Below, in pieces: positions 44,401 to 56,450 of a stretch of 64,000 bases of DNA (the first letter of the stretch is position 1; the number at the start of each line of letters is the position of its first letter). This DNA comes from Octopus sinensis (Eukaryota). A program made the translations under genes and the position numbers. The stretch covers positions 124,806,001 through 124,870,000 of the forward strand of contig NC_042997.1 of NCBI RefSeq assembly GCF_006345805.1, given 5' to 3'. The notes under the pieces were generated by a model. It was not told the origin of the DNA, made no database searches, and saw nothing but the letters and a program-made list of their open reading frames with translations.

Positions 44401-44916
44401 GAATCGTCTGAGCAGGTCTCTGAGGCATTTGCATCCCCTTCTGTTTCTGTCTCTACCCACGTAGTCTACATGCGTGTCCAAGGTAGCATTCCAATCCCCC
44501 ACTAAGAGTAAAGGACGAGACGTTCCCAAGAATACTTCTAGACGTCGAAAGAAATCCGCCCGACCTGTTAAGGGCGGTGCGTAGACTGATACGAGTCGAA
44601 AAGCGCACCCATTGCTGCCGTCAACATCCAGAACGATCAGTCTACCCTCCGGGTCTACGAATATCGTCTTGACTTCGAGATCCAGGCTCTTGTGAAAAAG
44701 TACCGCGGTGCCACTACCGCCCATCCTCGGCAGACAGGGAGCGAAATAAATGTTAAACTGTCCGCCAAACATGGACTTTAGGGCCCGTGGCTCGTGGAGT
44801 CTGGTCTCACTTATGGCTATGATTCCCAAATCATGTGACTTGATGTCATTTAGGAGGTATCCTTGTTTCCAAGGAGACCCCAAGCCACGCGCATTCACAC
44901 AACCAATCTTGACCAT
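41482..44916 (-). CDS. ORF2 APE endonuclease, reverse transcriptase and C-terminal Cys/His motif (about 1145 aa after repairing three single-base deletions)
   Basis: MVKIGCVNARGL, IIAISET, GDWNA, SYLDRI, TDHKLV; RPITLLNADLKIL, LDQSKAFDRVDH, RQGCPLS, AYADDV; CPRCGQSDETALHAIVQC. Frameshifts near 42722, 42150 and 42010. Confidence 0.92.
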
Positions 44917-44966
44917 GATTCTATTGGGGTGTGTGCTTTAAAACACACAAGTGAAAGTACAGAGAG

Positions 44967-47072
44967 TTACTTACTTGTGTCGAAAGTTTTGGCTTCCTCG
45001 TTCTTTGATGTGTCTTCGAGGAGGTTTCTATATAGTTTTTGGGACAGATATTTCTGGAAACCCCCTACAGCATTTGGGAAGAGGGCTTTGAGTTTGTGGT
45101 GTTGTGTTTGTGTGATGTGTAGTATTTTGATGTGTTTGGGTGGTGTAGTGCGTGGATGATTGCTATTTTTAAAGTCATCTTCACAAATGTTTGTGTATCC
45201 TGTGATGTACTCCATTAGTTTGGAGTCTTTTGTGTCTATCGCTGATAGCATTGTTTTTGTGGTGTTGGTGCTTGTTTTGTTGTGTATGGAGTTTTCAGGG
45301 TTCAGGTATCTCCCTGCTTTGTTTGCGATTTCTTGTTTGGTTTTTCTTGATCTTTTCTTTTACCCCCTGTGGCTATTTGCCATTCTGTCGAACTTTCATC
45401 GTTAGATGAAAAGTCTGACGAATCAGCAGGGGGCAAGGGTAAAGCGTCTGGGTGTGTTTGTGCGGTTGTAGATATTGTTGTGGTGCGCGGGGAGGGGTTG
45501 CTGGGGGGTTTGTTGTGGTTATTGTCTCTCCTACATCCTTGGTGCTTGTCTTCTTCGTTGTTATTCTTGGTGTTGGAATTGGTTTATTTGTTGTTGGTGG
45601 TGATGATTCTGTTCTTGGCGCTGGTGTTGGTGTTGTTTGGTTGGGTTGGTTTGTTCTTTGTTGTTTTTCCTGCATTTCCGCATACAGCTTCTTGACTAGC
45701 TGTCCATATTGTGGTGTGGGCAATAATCCTGGCTTTTGTGATTTTTCCTGTGGCTGTTGTTGTTGTTGTAATTTTGCGGCAGATTTGCACTCCTTTTTGA
45801 GGTGTGCCTCACTGCCACATGTATAGCATCGTGGCCTTCTGCCCTCGACTACTACGTATAACTTGCGGCCATCCTCAAGATGTACGTGGGTGGGGATTTT
45901 ATTTATGTCCTCTTGACTTATGTGGAAGAGGAACTCTATTCTCTTTCCCAGCCAGTCCTTGTTTTCCGAAAACCGATATCTAGGATGTTTATGTCCTCCA
46001 TTTCGGATGTTACGGCGGATGTAATCCACAGTGTTGTAGTCACTTGGGGGACACCACTGATAATGACTTTCGTCACCTTCTGGCCGAGGTAACTCGGTGT
46101 CAACGTTAGTTCGTCAGAATGAAGGGTTATCGTTGAGAATTTCTTCGCCAACTCTTCATTCTGAAAAACCACCTGTACGTGTGCGAACTTGTTCGCCCAA
46201 GTCACACAATCCTTGTATCCCCAGATGGGGCGTAAGCACTTTTCGACTTTGTCTGTGCTTGCCTTTTCTGGACTTTTTGTTTTTTTATTTGTGATTTTAT
46301 ATACAATTGTCTTTTTTTTCTCCTCATTCAGTATGTGCTGAGGTATGTGTAAGAGTATTTTTCCGTTTTGATTTGTAATAAGGTTTCTGCAATCTTTAAT
46401 CTGTTGTGTAGTAAACGAAACTTTTGTTACCTTTTCTTTTATCGCCTCGGCGAAGTTTGTTGTTGTTTTGTTATTGTTGTTACTGTTGATGTTGATGGCA
46501 GGGGTGTGGGTTGTAGGTTTGTGGTTGCTGATTATGCAACTAGCAAGGGGTGGAAAATTGCCTGCGTAATTTAGTCCTGCATTAGCGCAAATTTCGGCAT
46601 TTCGTTTGCTTGTCGTCGTTATTTTTTCACTTGTTGGTGATGGAGTGAGCAGTGGTTGAAGGGAATTGTTGTTGTCGTCGTCGTCGTTGTTGTTGTTGTT
46701 GTTGTTGTTGTTGTTATTGTCGTTCTTGGTGACGGCGGTGGTGTTAGTAGTATTAGTAGCATTGACGGCACGGTCTTTGGTGGCGGTGATGGTGATGTTG
46801 GTATTGTTATTGGTGGCGACGTCTTTAGTAGGGATAGCAGTTTTAGTAGCAGATTCTGCCATGGTGTTGTTGTCGGTGTTGGTGGTGGTGGTGGACTCAC
46901 TGATGGTGTTGACGGTGCTTGGCCTTGCGACCTTTGTTTTGTATTTGTTGCTGTTGTCGATGTTGATGGTGGCGGAGTTGTCAGGTTCAGCGTAAGGTAA
47001 CAGAGCATCCTGTTTTTCTGCCTCTCCGTCACGGTTGACTTGCACCTCAGCCTCGTGGTGACCAGTGGCCAT
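44967..47072 (-). CDS. ORF1 nucleic-acid-binding protein with CCHC zinc knuckle (about 700 aa after repairing three single-base deletions)
   Basis: First ATG at 47072 (MATGHHEAEV); N/T-rich low-complexity N-terminus; RCYTCGSEAHLKKEC knuckle; C-terminal KLYRNLLEDTSKNEEAKTFDTSK*. Frameshifts near 45970, 45505 and 45360. Confidence 0.8.
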
Positions 47073-47242
47073 TTTGGAAATAAAATGGCTAAATGAAACC
47101 ACGAAGGCTATGAGAATTTTTCTTTTAAATTTTGCCCACAAGGGGCAAAATTTTGTGGAGATATTTATCAAAGGTTTACAGTGGATGTTGTTGTACAACT
47201 TTTAAACACAAAATATTTCACAATAAATAATTTTCAACGTAC

Positions 47243-47322
<80 letters not shown>
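47243..47322. repeat. (GATA)n array directly at the 5' end of the Tx1 element
   Basis: Directly visible. Confidence 0.95.
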
Positions 47323-47539
47323 GGATGGATGTAGATATACAGATATAGTTTTAACATGAGTGTGTGTGTATATATCTTACCATGTCTCTTGTGCATCTGT
47401 ATTTGTGTATGTGTGTATCAAATTCTACCGTTAGTGTGAATGTGAATATGTGTGTGCGTGGGCGCGCGCATACGCCCTTGTTTGGGTGTGTCTGGGAGTG
47501 TACGGCCGTGTTTGTGTTCTCCTGTATTTAATCATTTAA

Positions 47540-49240
47540 ATTCTTCTTCTGAAAAAGGAACTGGTTTCTAACAAAGATACGAAGCTCCATATTTGGAATG
47601 TAGATAATGAAAACAATGCCACATTATAAATCTGAGAAGGGTGTTACATAATATTACTATTCCACTTACAGGAAGAGTAAAATTATGTAATGTGCGAATC
47701 AGCTGGTTGATTTCTTTCTTTGAAAATCCAAGCTGATCCAGACTGACAGTTAGGCATTTACATACAAATCCAGATACTCCAATTATTATTGCTATAAATG
47801 TAAATTTGTAATCCTGATATAGAAGCTGGAGGTTTCAAAGCAGTTCTTTGTTATATTATTTCTCTTTGATTTTCAAAATATATTCACTTCAGCAGTTCAG
47901 CTGACCTCTATGACGGTACATACTTTTTCTTGTCTGTCCCAAACGACAATATCCTGCCTGTCATGCTCACAGTTGACATATTTTGATGAGAATGTTCCAC
48001 CAGTATTACTTGTGCTGCTATTTGTGTACGTGTTCAATAACAGGGGAATTATCTATATTTATTTCAGGACAGTCTTTCTTCCGAATGGCATTGTATATTG
48101 TTTTGCGACTATGTCATGTCGCACAGGGAGGTAATGCTGTCATGAAATTTTTAGTTAGCTGCTAATCACATGTGTGATGTCTTCACAGAAATATGAAATA
48201 ATTTACAGTTACGATTGCATCTTGTAACAACAAAGGTTTCACTGTCTCTTTTGTTGATAAGGTATTTAGTATCAATGACTTGTTCTTGGTTTGCAAATGA
48301 ATAGACTTCGAAGAGTGATGTGATGTAGTGGTTACCGCACCAAGAGAGACCTTGCTTCTTGTCACTGTTACTATCCTCTTCAAGTATTCGGAAAACATAT
48401 AATCGGTGATAGTAAGTGCTAGGGAGGTTGTGGTGTGATGCTTCCTTTTATAATTAATGTTTGAGACTTGCATGCTTACATAGGAGAATGATCTCAATCA
48501 CACCGTTCACAAAATCAGTGCATGTTTGAAATGTGGTTCCTGGGTAGCGTGTGGATGATGCGTGATTGAGGAAGGTTGTATCATTGTTGGATGCCACAGC
48601 AAGTAGGTCCTTGATATAGAGAAGGAAGAGTGGGAAAGACAAAACCGATCTTTAGGCCACAACAATGTTGATCATGAGTATGACAGAGAGCTCTGACAAT
48701 ACATATGACCTCATAAGAAGCTACCGATCCAAAACGATAAAATGTCTATGAAACCCATAGGCCAGCGGAACTGATTGAAGATTCGCATGCCAGGCACGAT
48801 AGGTTTCACTAGTATCCAGGACAACGATTTGCTTTCATCCAACTTTCTGAAGCGGAAGCCCATTGATGATTGACATAACAGTGGGTCGGGATCTGCGGCA
48901 GATCTCCACTCCTCGTCTCCTCTTTAGTATCCAACAGTCCACCCAGTTGCATACAAACCATTGGTGGTCAATGCAGAAACGGAGGAGCTCAAGGTGTTAG
49001 AAAACGTCTCTGTAATTGGCTGTACCCATTATTTAGCTGTATTAAAGGTGAGTGCAATAGGATGGTAGTAAAGTGGTACATAATGGTTGCTTTCAAAAGT
49101 CAGTTAGTGAGAGACCAAACAGTTTGTACTTTATAGGAGGAAGTTCAGATGTACATTGTTAGAGTGTAATAGAAGAGATAGCTACAGAGACGGTATCCTT
49201 GTTAGTTTGAAGCAGCCAAAAGTATTTTCGCACTTAGTGT
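47540..49240 (-). mobile_element. Old L2/CR1-group LINE RT relic
   Basis: Minus-strand fragments VVLDTSETYRAWHANL (ALDISKAFDRVWH-like) and GSVLSFPLFLLYIKDL...NDTTF (QGSVLSP/YADD region). Confidence 0.6.
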
Positions 49241-50098
49241 GTGGGGAAGGGAGTAGGGGACATTAAGGAATTTACATTCACACGTACACACATATACGCG
49301 AAAAACTATGTACGTGTTTACACGCATGCATACATCTATATACACATTTATCTATCTTCCTATCCATTTTATGGAACTCTGAGGAAGAGAAGTCAAATAA
49401 AAAAATTACTAAATTCATAGAAACGATTAACCTTTTTTAAGCTATAGTACAGCAGTGAATTGTTTCAGGTTTCAGTAGTGAATATTAGTAAAAGCGATCA
49501 GGTCACGAGTAAGTACTTCTAGCTCTTACAATATAATTCGCCTTGAAGATATTTGTTACCACAGACACTGATGTAACCATTATTTATGCTTCCGGTGAGA
49601 AACAAAAATTCTATCTATTTTAAAGTCGAAATATTTAAAGATTAATAATCGAACTGTCGAGCACTGTGAACTAATGGGTATAAGTCTGAAACTCAATATA
49701 TATAATGGTATGAATAGCAGTTATGAAAGCTGAAACTATTTTAGCGATGTAAAATAAAACTAACAGAACTATGAAATATAAAGCTATCAAGGCTATGAGA
49801 GGAAGAAATGCAAATGTGAAACATGAAACTACAGCAATTTTGAAATATGGTCATTTTTTCTCGTAGAATATAATTATTTCTGACAATTTATCTCTAACGC
49901 AAACTCGTTGAAATATTTGCAAGGAGTCGGTATAATGTGCTCAGAGAGTGACCCTGCAGTACTTCACATTCAGCATCTCTATGAACTTAATATTCAGCGG
50001 AGAAAGCAAAATGAAATCTCTCCCTCCATTCCCCTCTCTCTTTATATATATATATATATATATATATAGGTGTAAGTGTTTTATGTGTGTGTGCGTGA

Positions 50099-50132
<34 letters not shown>

Positions 50133-50154
50133 AACACTATATATATATATATAA

Positions 50155-50188
<34 letters not shown>

Positions 50189-50559
50189 GTGTATGTATGT
50201 ATGTATGTATATATGTATATATATATAAGTATGTATGTATGTGCATATGCATCGAATATAATGTTAATAAATGTGGAAATGAGTACTCAATGCATATGTG
50301 TTTGCGTGTTAGTGTGTGTATGTGCATGTGTGTGTGTGCGTGTGTGCGTGTGTGTGTGTGTGAGCGTGCATGTGTCTGGGTACATATATTGTACTTGACT
50401 ACACGTTTTTATATGTTATACGAAAGAGCTTATAATTATTTTCAGTATATAAACAGTCCTCACGTGAAATATTTTAAAATAGACGAGAGCGTTGATATAT
50501 TAGCTAGTAAACCTCAATTGACGTTTTGGCTAGGGTTTCTCTTTCTCTCTTTTCTCTTT

Positions 50560-50950
50560 TATTTGTTTCAGTCATTTGACTGCGGCCATGCTGGAGCACC
50601 GCCTTTAGTCGAGCAAATCAGCCCCGGGACTTATTCTTTGTAAGCCCAGTACTTATTCTATCGGTCTCTTTTTGCCGAACCGCTAAGTGACGGGGACGTA
50701 AACACACCAGCATCGGTTGTCAAGCAATGCTAGGGGGATAAACACAGACACACAAACACACATACATATATATATATATACATATATACGACAGGCTTCT
50801 TTCAGTTTCCGTCTACCAAATCCACTCACAAGGCATTGGTCGGCCCGGGGCTATAGCAGAAGACACTTGCCCAAGATGCCACGCAGTGGGACTGAACCCG
50901 GAACCATGAGGTTGGTTAGCAAGCTACTTACCACACAGCCACTCCTGCGG
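50560..50950 (-). mobile_element. SINE family A, full length, low divergence
   Basis: Collinear with the other copies. Confidence 0.9.
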
Positions 50951-51031
50951 TTTAGTGATAAATATATATTAAATCTCAATGTCAGCGAAAACAAAGGAGA
51001 GGGAGCAATGTTTTGTAGGAAAGTATGACAA

Positions 51032-51608
51032 TTGGGTTTATAGTGTTGACCGGAAAGTTCGTGCCGATTTATAGTAGCTTACCTTTCGACTTAACATGGT
51101 TGAGTCCATAAAATAAGATTTGACTACACCTCCATTTAGAGTACAGTTTAAGCTATCTTTTCGTGGAAGAAGGTTTAATGTTCCTATAACCTGTGTTAAT
51201 TCTGTAACCCTTTAAAATGGAAGATAATAAAGTTCATTTTTGGCCCTTGATGCTTTTCTTTTTCCGTAAAGGGAAAAATGCCTCACAAGCAACCAAAGAA
51301 ATATGCGCAGTTTACGGTGATGATTCTTTATCCGAAAGAATTGAAAGAAAGTAGTTCGCAAGGTTGCGAGCTGGAGATTGTAGCCTTATTGAGAAAGAGC
51401 GATCAGGTAGATCATCCACTACAGATGATGATCAAATCAAGTCATTAATTGAGAATACCCCCACATTGCACATCCCGAGAATTGGTAGAAAGCCTCAACC
51501 TATCAAAATCCATTGTTCATGAGCACCTGGTAAAGCTTGGGTAATGGCAAGTATTTATTGACCTTTTTCTTTCCTTTAAAAACGGCACGAACTTTCCGGA
51601 CAACCCAA
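51032..51608 (+). mobile_element. Internally deleted mariner (N-terminal HTH part retained)
   Basis: TIR ttgggt...ccggaaagttcgtgccg / cggcacgaactttccggacaacccaa|TA; ATG 51217 MEDNKVHFWPLMLFFFRKGKNASQA...RSGRSS...VHEHLVKLG. Confidence 0.85.
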
Positions 51609-51691
51609 TAGTTAATCTGATAAAATATGTGTTTCCTTCATACTAGGATTTTATCATCTTGAGAAGTTTTCAGTTATCTGGAGGATGGTCT

Positions 51692-52140
51692 CTTTTACTA
51701 TTTTACTCTTTTACTTGTTTCAGTCATTTGACTGCGGCCATGCTGGAGCACCGCCAATTTTAGCCGAAGAAATCGACCCGAGGACTTATTTTTAGTAAGG
51801 CTAGTATTTACTATATCTGTATCTTTTGCCGAACCGCTACGTGAGGGGGACGTAAACACACCAGCATCAGTTGTCAAGCAATGTAGTGGGACAAACACAG
51901 AGACACAAACATATACACACGCCCCAGCATGGCCGCGGCCTTCGGGCTAAAACATTTTTAAGGATTTAAGGATATACACATATACGACGGACTTCTTTCA
52001 GTTTCCGTCTACCAAATTCACTCACAAGGCTTTGGTCGGCCCAAAGCTACAGTAGAAAACACATGCCCAAGGTGCCACGCAGTGAGACTGAACCCTAAAC
52101 CATGTGGTTGGTAATCAAACTACTTACCACACAGCCTCTC
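51692..52140 (-). mobile_element. SINE family A with a short oppositely oriented SINE-tail-like insert at about 51921-51973
   Basis: Collinear with family A apart from gccccagcatggccgcggccttcgggctaaaac. Confidence 0.8.
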
Positions 52141-52264
52141 CATCATCATATGTTGGAAAAAACAAGCGGAGTACGTGGAACTGTTTTGCAAGACGTATGT
52201 ATGAAATTATTGGCTATTTTTAAGAGGTAGGTTTCACTCTGATGTTAAACTATATGTGAAGATG

Positions 52265-52560
52265 TGTGGCTTAATGGTTAATGAATTAGGGTTCACTATC
52301 ATAAGGACGTGAGTTTGATTCCCGACAGCGCATTGTGTCCTTGAGCAAGACACTTGATTTCACATTGCTCCAATCAACTCAGTTGGCAAAAATGAGTTCT
52401 ACTTGTATTTCAAATAGTCAGCATTAACATATACTATGCCACGCTGAATTTCCCCGAGAGCTACGCAAGGGCACGCTCATCAAATTTCCTGCTAATTTCA
52501 CGAACAGTCTGTTTCGTTCATCGGATCAAATTGAAACCTCGTCGTGATCGACGGAGAGCC
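52265..52560 (+). mobile_element. Diverged SINE related to family C
   Basis: tggcttaatggtt...gtgtccttgagcaagacactt...tggcaaaaatgag. Confidence 0.6.
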
Positions 52561-52876
52561 AGTTTCTTTTATACTGTATTTAAAATAAAAACTTTACATT
52601 CTCTTGATTTCTAAATTAACAACCTTCTATGAAGTAAAGAAGAAGAATATTCCATGAATTTACCTATATATTGTAATTATTTCACCTTTAATGAAATGTC
52701 TCACTTCATAAAATGTTTAAGTAATAAATTATAAGCTAAGTTATGTTGGCGATTTCTAAGAAGAATGAAATAGTATGATACGTCATTATAAATGTCTAGA
52801 AAATTTAAGAACTTCGTAATAAGAAAACAGAAAACAATATTTTTTTTTCCTTACGATTCCTTAATTTCAATTTCAG

Positions 52877-52948
52877 ATTTCTAATCCTGCCTCACATTAC
52901 GTCGAAATGATTATCTACTTTGCAATAGCTGCGACCGCTAGGAAAATC
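52877..52948 (+). other. Candidate 72-nt exon with strong splice signals
   Basis: Long pyrimidine tract ...ttcaatttcag|ISNPASHYVEMIIYFAIAATARKI|gtgagt; open in phase 0. Confidence 0.35.
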
Positions 52949-54539
52949 GTGAGTGTTTATTAATAGCTTGATGAGAATTACAATTCACAGGAGTCCATTT
53001 CATCAGTATTTCATGTCTTTAATACAGTATATTTAATCAGGCTAGTGGGAATAGATTTTACATAACGAGTATCGTATCAAACATATATTTGATAATAAGC
53101 TTCTGAAAACCCCTTCGATACGCACATGTTCATATATACACATATTCGCTTAGACATCTACAATTCAAAGCTACTTAGCATCTCTGTTTCTTCAACGCAT
53201 GATATCCGACCAATATTGAAAACCATTTAAAACATGAAAGAAAATCTCAGCAAGCAGTTTCCAGTTACTATACAGCAAGCAACTAGTTATTATACACTAG
53301 ACATACCATAACAACAATATAATATTTAATATCATTAATGCCAATGGTATTCCAGGTTTTCGATGTATTTATATATTTCGTTGTGAATCGTGTATTTTGC
53401 AAACAATTTGTTTCAAGTAGGAATTGAATATTTCTTGTTAGTCGTGCTGTGTAAGTAGCTTCGAACACATTGCAGATTGTAGCTTCAGGATCGGATACGT
53501 GGGTGTTTATGTAAAATCTTGTGACAAAACTTTAGTCCTGAATAATGCACACAGATTTGTGTGTTTGTGGATGCGAAGTTGAGTGTGTTAGTGTATGCAT
53601 ATAAACATTCAGCAGTGCCCCAGCATGGCCACAGCCAATGACTGAAACTCATAAAGCAATAAGAGAACAAAACTTACATATATATGTCAACAAGGAGAAA
53701 AGAACAAGTACACAATACTGAAAGTAGTGTGACATGATTTAGTAGTAATTGAATCTTGGCACAAATATTTATTCCGAGATTTTTTGTCGATCTTTTGACA
53801 ATTTTGAAAAAACAGAACGTAAAAGTTGTGACAAAATGAATTTATTGTTGAAATATTTGAAATGAAATAACAATGACCTTAGTAATTTATGATGTAACTG
53901 TTGTTTCAAAAAGGGTCGAATGTTTGGCACTTAGCACTGTAAACTTAAGTATGATTTATGCAAACGAACGTGACACATACTCATTTCATTTATATATATT
54001 TATACATATATTTATATATATTTACGAATGCCGTTACTTCGACGCTTCGGTTATGCACCCTTCATCAGGCTCTAAATTACTTTGGTTTACATGTCTTTTA
54101 TATAATCCTTTGTGGTTCTTTTGTTCAAGAATCAACGTAACTGCAATGTAGTTGTGGCTTAATAATGTGTTTTTGTGCAATATAAAGAAATAGCTTTACA
54201 GATATTTGGGTTGGTGAACAATAGCTTTGTAGCGAAAATGTTTTTCACCTCTCATTCTCTTTCTCCTTTATCACCCAATACCATCACCATATTCTGTTGC
54301 TTCTTCATGCTCACTACAAGCTTTTCTCCGCCCGCCCAATTAATCCATCCGAAAGAGTATTCGTTTTATATTTAAAATTTCCCCCAAAGTTACACTATTA
54401 ATCCTTACATATTCTGCCGGTCCGTTGTTCTTTCCCACAAGATGAGCTCCAAAGTAATTTACAGAAGCTATCGAACCAATAATTCGAAACAATTCTCAAA
54501 CTTTCTATATAATAATATTGTGCTATTCTATTGAATATA

Positions 54540-55819
54540 GGAGGTGTGCTCAAAAGTATACGATCTTTGAGGATAAAAGAACACTTTACTACATTTCAAA
54601 AGTTTTATTTAACCACCTTGAAAGTATTCCCCCTGAAAGTTCATATAGTGCTCCCAGAAGTTCTGCCGCTGTTGGTAACACCCCCTGGAATACCTTCTCT
54701 AGGACGCTATGGAGCTCCGCTATTGCTTTTCTCATACTTTCCCCTATCGACTCAAATCGCTTCCATTTTAGCGTGGTTTTCAAATTGAGGAAGAGCCAGA
54801 GTCAAACGGTACCAAGTCAGTAGAGTAGAGAGCCTGTCGATTAAGTGGTGCGTTGTTCTTGACAGGAAATTTCGGACTATGTGGGCAGAATGAGCGGGCG
54901 CAGTCATAGTGAAGTTGCCAAATTTTCGCTGTCCATATGTCTGGCTAATTTCGACGCACCGTATCACGAACAAGACGTATAAGTTTCTGGTTGTATTCCT
55001 TATTGATTGTTTGGCTTTGTGGTGCGTACTTATGATGCACAATACCACTGGAATCATGCAACAGGTTAACGTTACCTCCATAATGCTTCGAACCTGTTGT
55101 ACTTTGGGGCCTTCGGAATAACGGATACTTCTATTGCGTGGACTGGAAATTGGTTTCCGGTTCGTAACCTCAAACCCATCTCATCACCAGTGATGATGTT
55201 ATTCTTGAAGTCTGGGTCGAGGTTTGCATTGCCCAGGATCTCCTGAGCGATTCCCATGCAGTGTTGCTTATGCTGCTTTACCAGCAACTTGGGGATGAAT
55301 TTTGCCGACACACCCCGCATGCCTTCGTTAAAATGGAAGGCACTGATCCTGTTATCATTCCCACTTCGTGAGTAATTTCCCAGGTTGTTACACCAACCCT
55401 CCTCAATTGGCTCCTCGTTTCGACTTCTCGATGGTCTATCTCAGCGTGTCTCACTGTCCACTTAGGTGCAGCTATGTATGAAGCGGTTTTATCACTTCTT
55501 GATCTGACATTTGACCATGACATCATCGTCAAGGGCCTGCTGAATCTACCAGATGGGTTGAACTTCAGTTTCATCAAGTTCTAGGCAAAACCTGATGCAA
55601 TACCTCTGCTCAATAAGTTCGATGAAAACGAAAATTCGACGATCGTATGCTACACATCTATACTCTAGGCTTAACAGCCGGGAACTGACACGACCTATCG
55701 GTGAGCGAAAGCTTTCGCATATGCGCAGGAAAGGTGACATCATTTTCCAACCGAAGGGCTTTACTCACACATTTGTCTTGGCGATAAAAATAAACTCGGA
55801 TACTTTTGAACGTGCCTTG
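54540..55819 (-). mobile_element. Full-length (1.28 kb) decayed mariner element
   Basis: TA-flanked degenerate TIRs (ctcaaaagtatacg / cggatacttttgaac); fragments IEQRYCIRFC, VSAKFIPKLL, NIITGDE, APAHSAHIVRNFL and LKWKRFESI. Confidence 0.88.
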
Positions 55820-55850
55820 TAAGCTTTCTCTGTTGATATATACGGTGTAA

Positions 55851-56170
55851 TCTGTTGTGTCTGGTGAGAGTCATTTTCTTTGTGTGCTTTATAATTTAAC
55901 ACACTGACCGGTAAAATTTTCACTTATTTCTTATTTATATTTTCTTATTTTCAATAGTCTTGAGAGTCAAAACTATTGAAAAGGTTGCAAGACGAAGCGA
56001 AAATTTTAAGAAAATAAAAATAAGAAATAAGTGGAAATTTTACCGGTGAGTGTGTTAAATTATAAGGCACAAAAAGAAAATGACTCTCCCCAGACACAAC
56101 AGAATATGCTTCAACACACGAACTCATATAAAGAATCTTGCAAACCAAATCCAAAAACGAAATATACATT
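55851..56170. repeat. Family F repeat with about 97-bp fold-back (inverted duplication)
   Basis: 55851-55947 is the reverse complement of 56008-56103 with few mismatches; inner hairpin ttttcaatagt/actattgaaaa. Confidence 0.85.
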
Positions 56171-56450
56171 GTAATCTTTCGATATAATATCAGGGTTATT
56201 TTATATGTAATTTTACATTACAAAATATCAATAATATATTATATACACACATATATACTAATATGTTTTTTGAAAGTAGTATATTACCAAAGCAATGAAA
56301 ATACCTCATAGCTATTATATGTTATTGAAATAGACTATAAATACTCTTTCTGATTATTCCACAGAGAAACATGTCACTAATTATCCGATGTTATAGATTC
56401 AGTAACTTAAATCAAATAATTGCAGTTACGATATAAGGATTGAAAGAAGA

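Larger units (their letters stand above)
41059..47242 (-). mobile_element. Full-length Tx1/L1-clade non-LTR retrotransposon (about 6.2 kb)
   Basis: About 170-nt 5' UTR, ORF1, 50-nt spacer, ORF2 and an about 420-nt 3' UTR ending aataaagaaac. (GATA)n lies at the 5' flank and agatat/(TA)n at the 3' flank. Much more GC-rich than the surroundings. Confidence 0.95.

Noticed and set aside
42507-45826. Plus-strand ORFs overlapping the Tx1 element (e.g. 43787-44239)
   Set aside because: Antisense shadows of a GC-rich coding region, with no recognisable motifs.
47073-47198. Extra 42 N-terminal codons in ORF 45936-47198
   Set aside because: Starts at a non-ATG codon in the 5' UTR; ATG 47072 is the more plausible start.
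54025-54072. Minus-strand CTGATGA...CCGAAGCGTC hammerhead-like string
   Set aside because: GAAA core is mutated and stem I cannot form beyond 1 bp.
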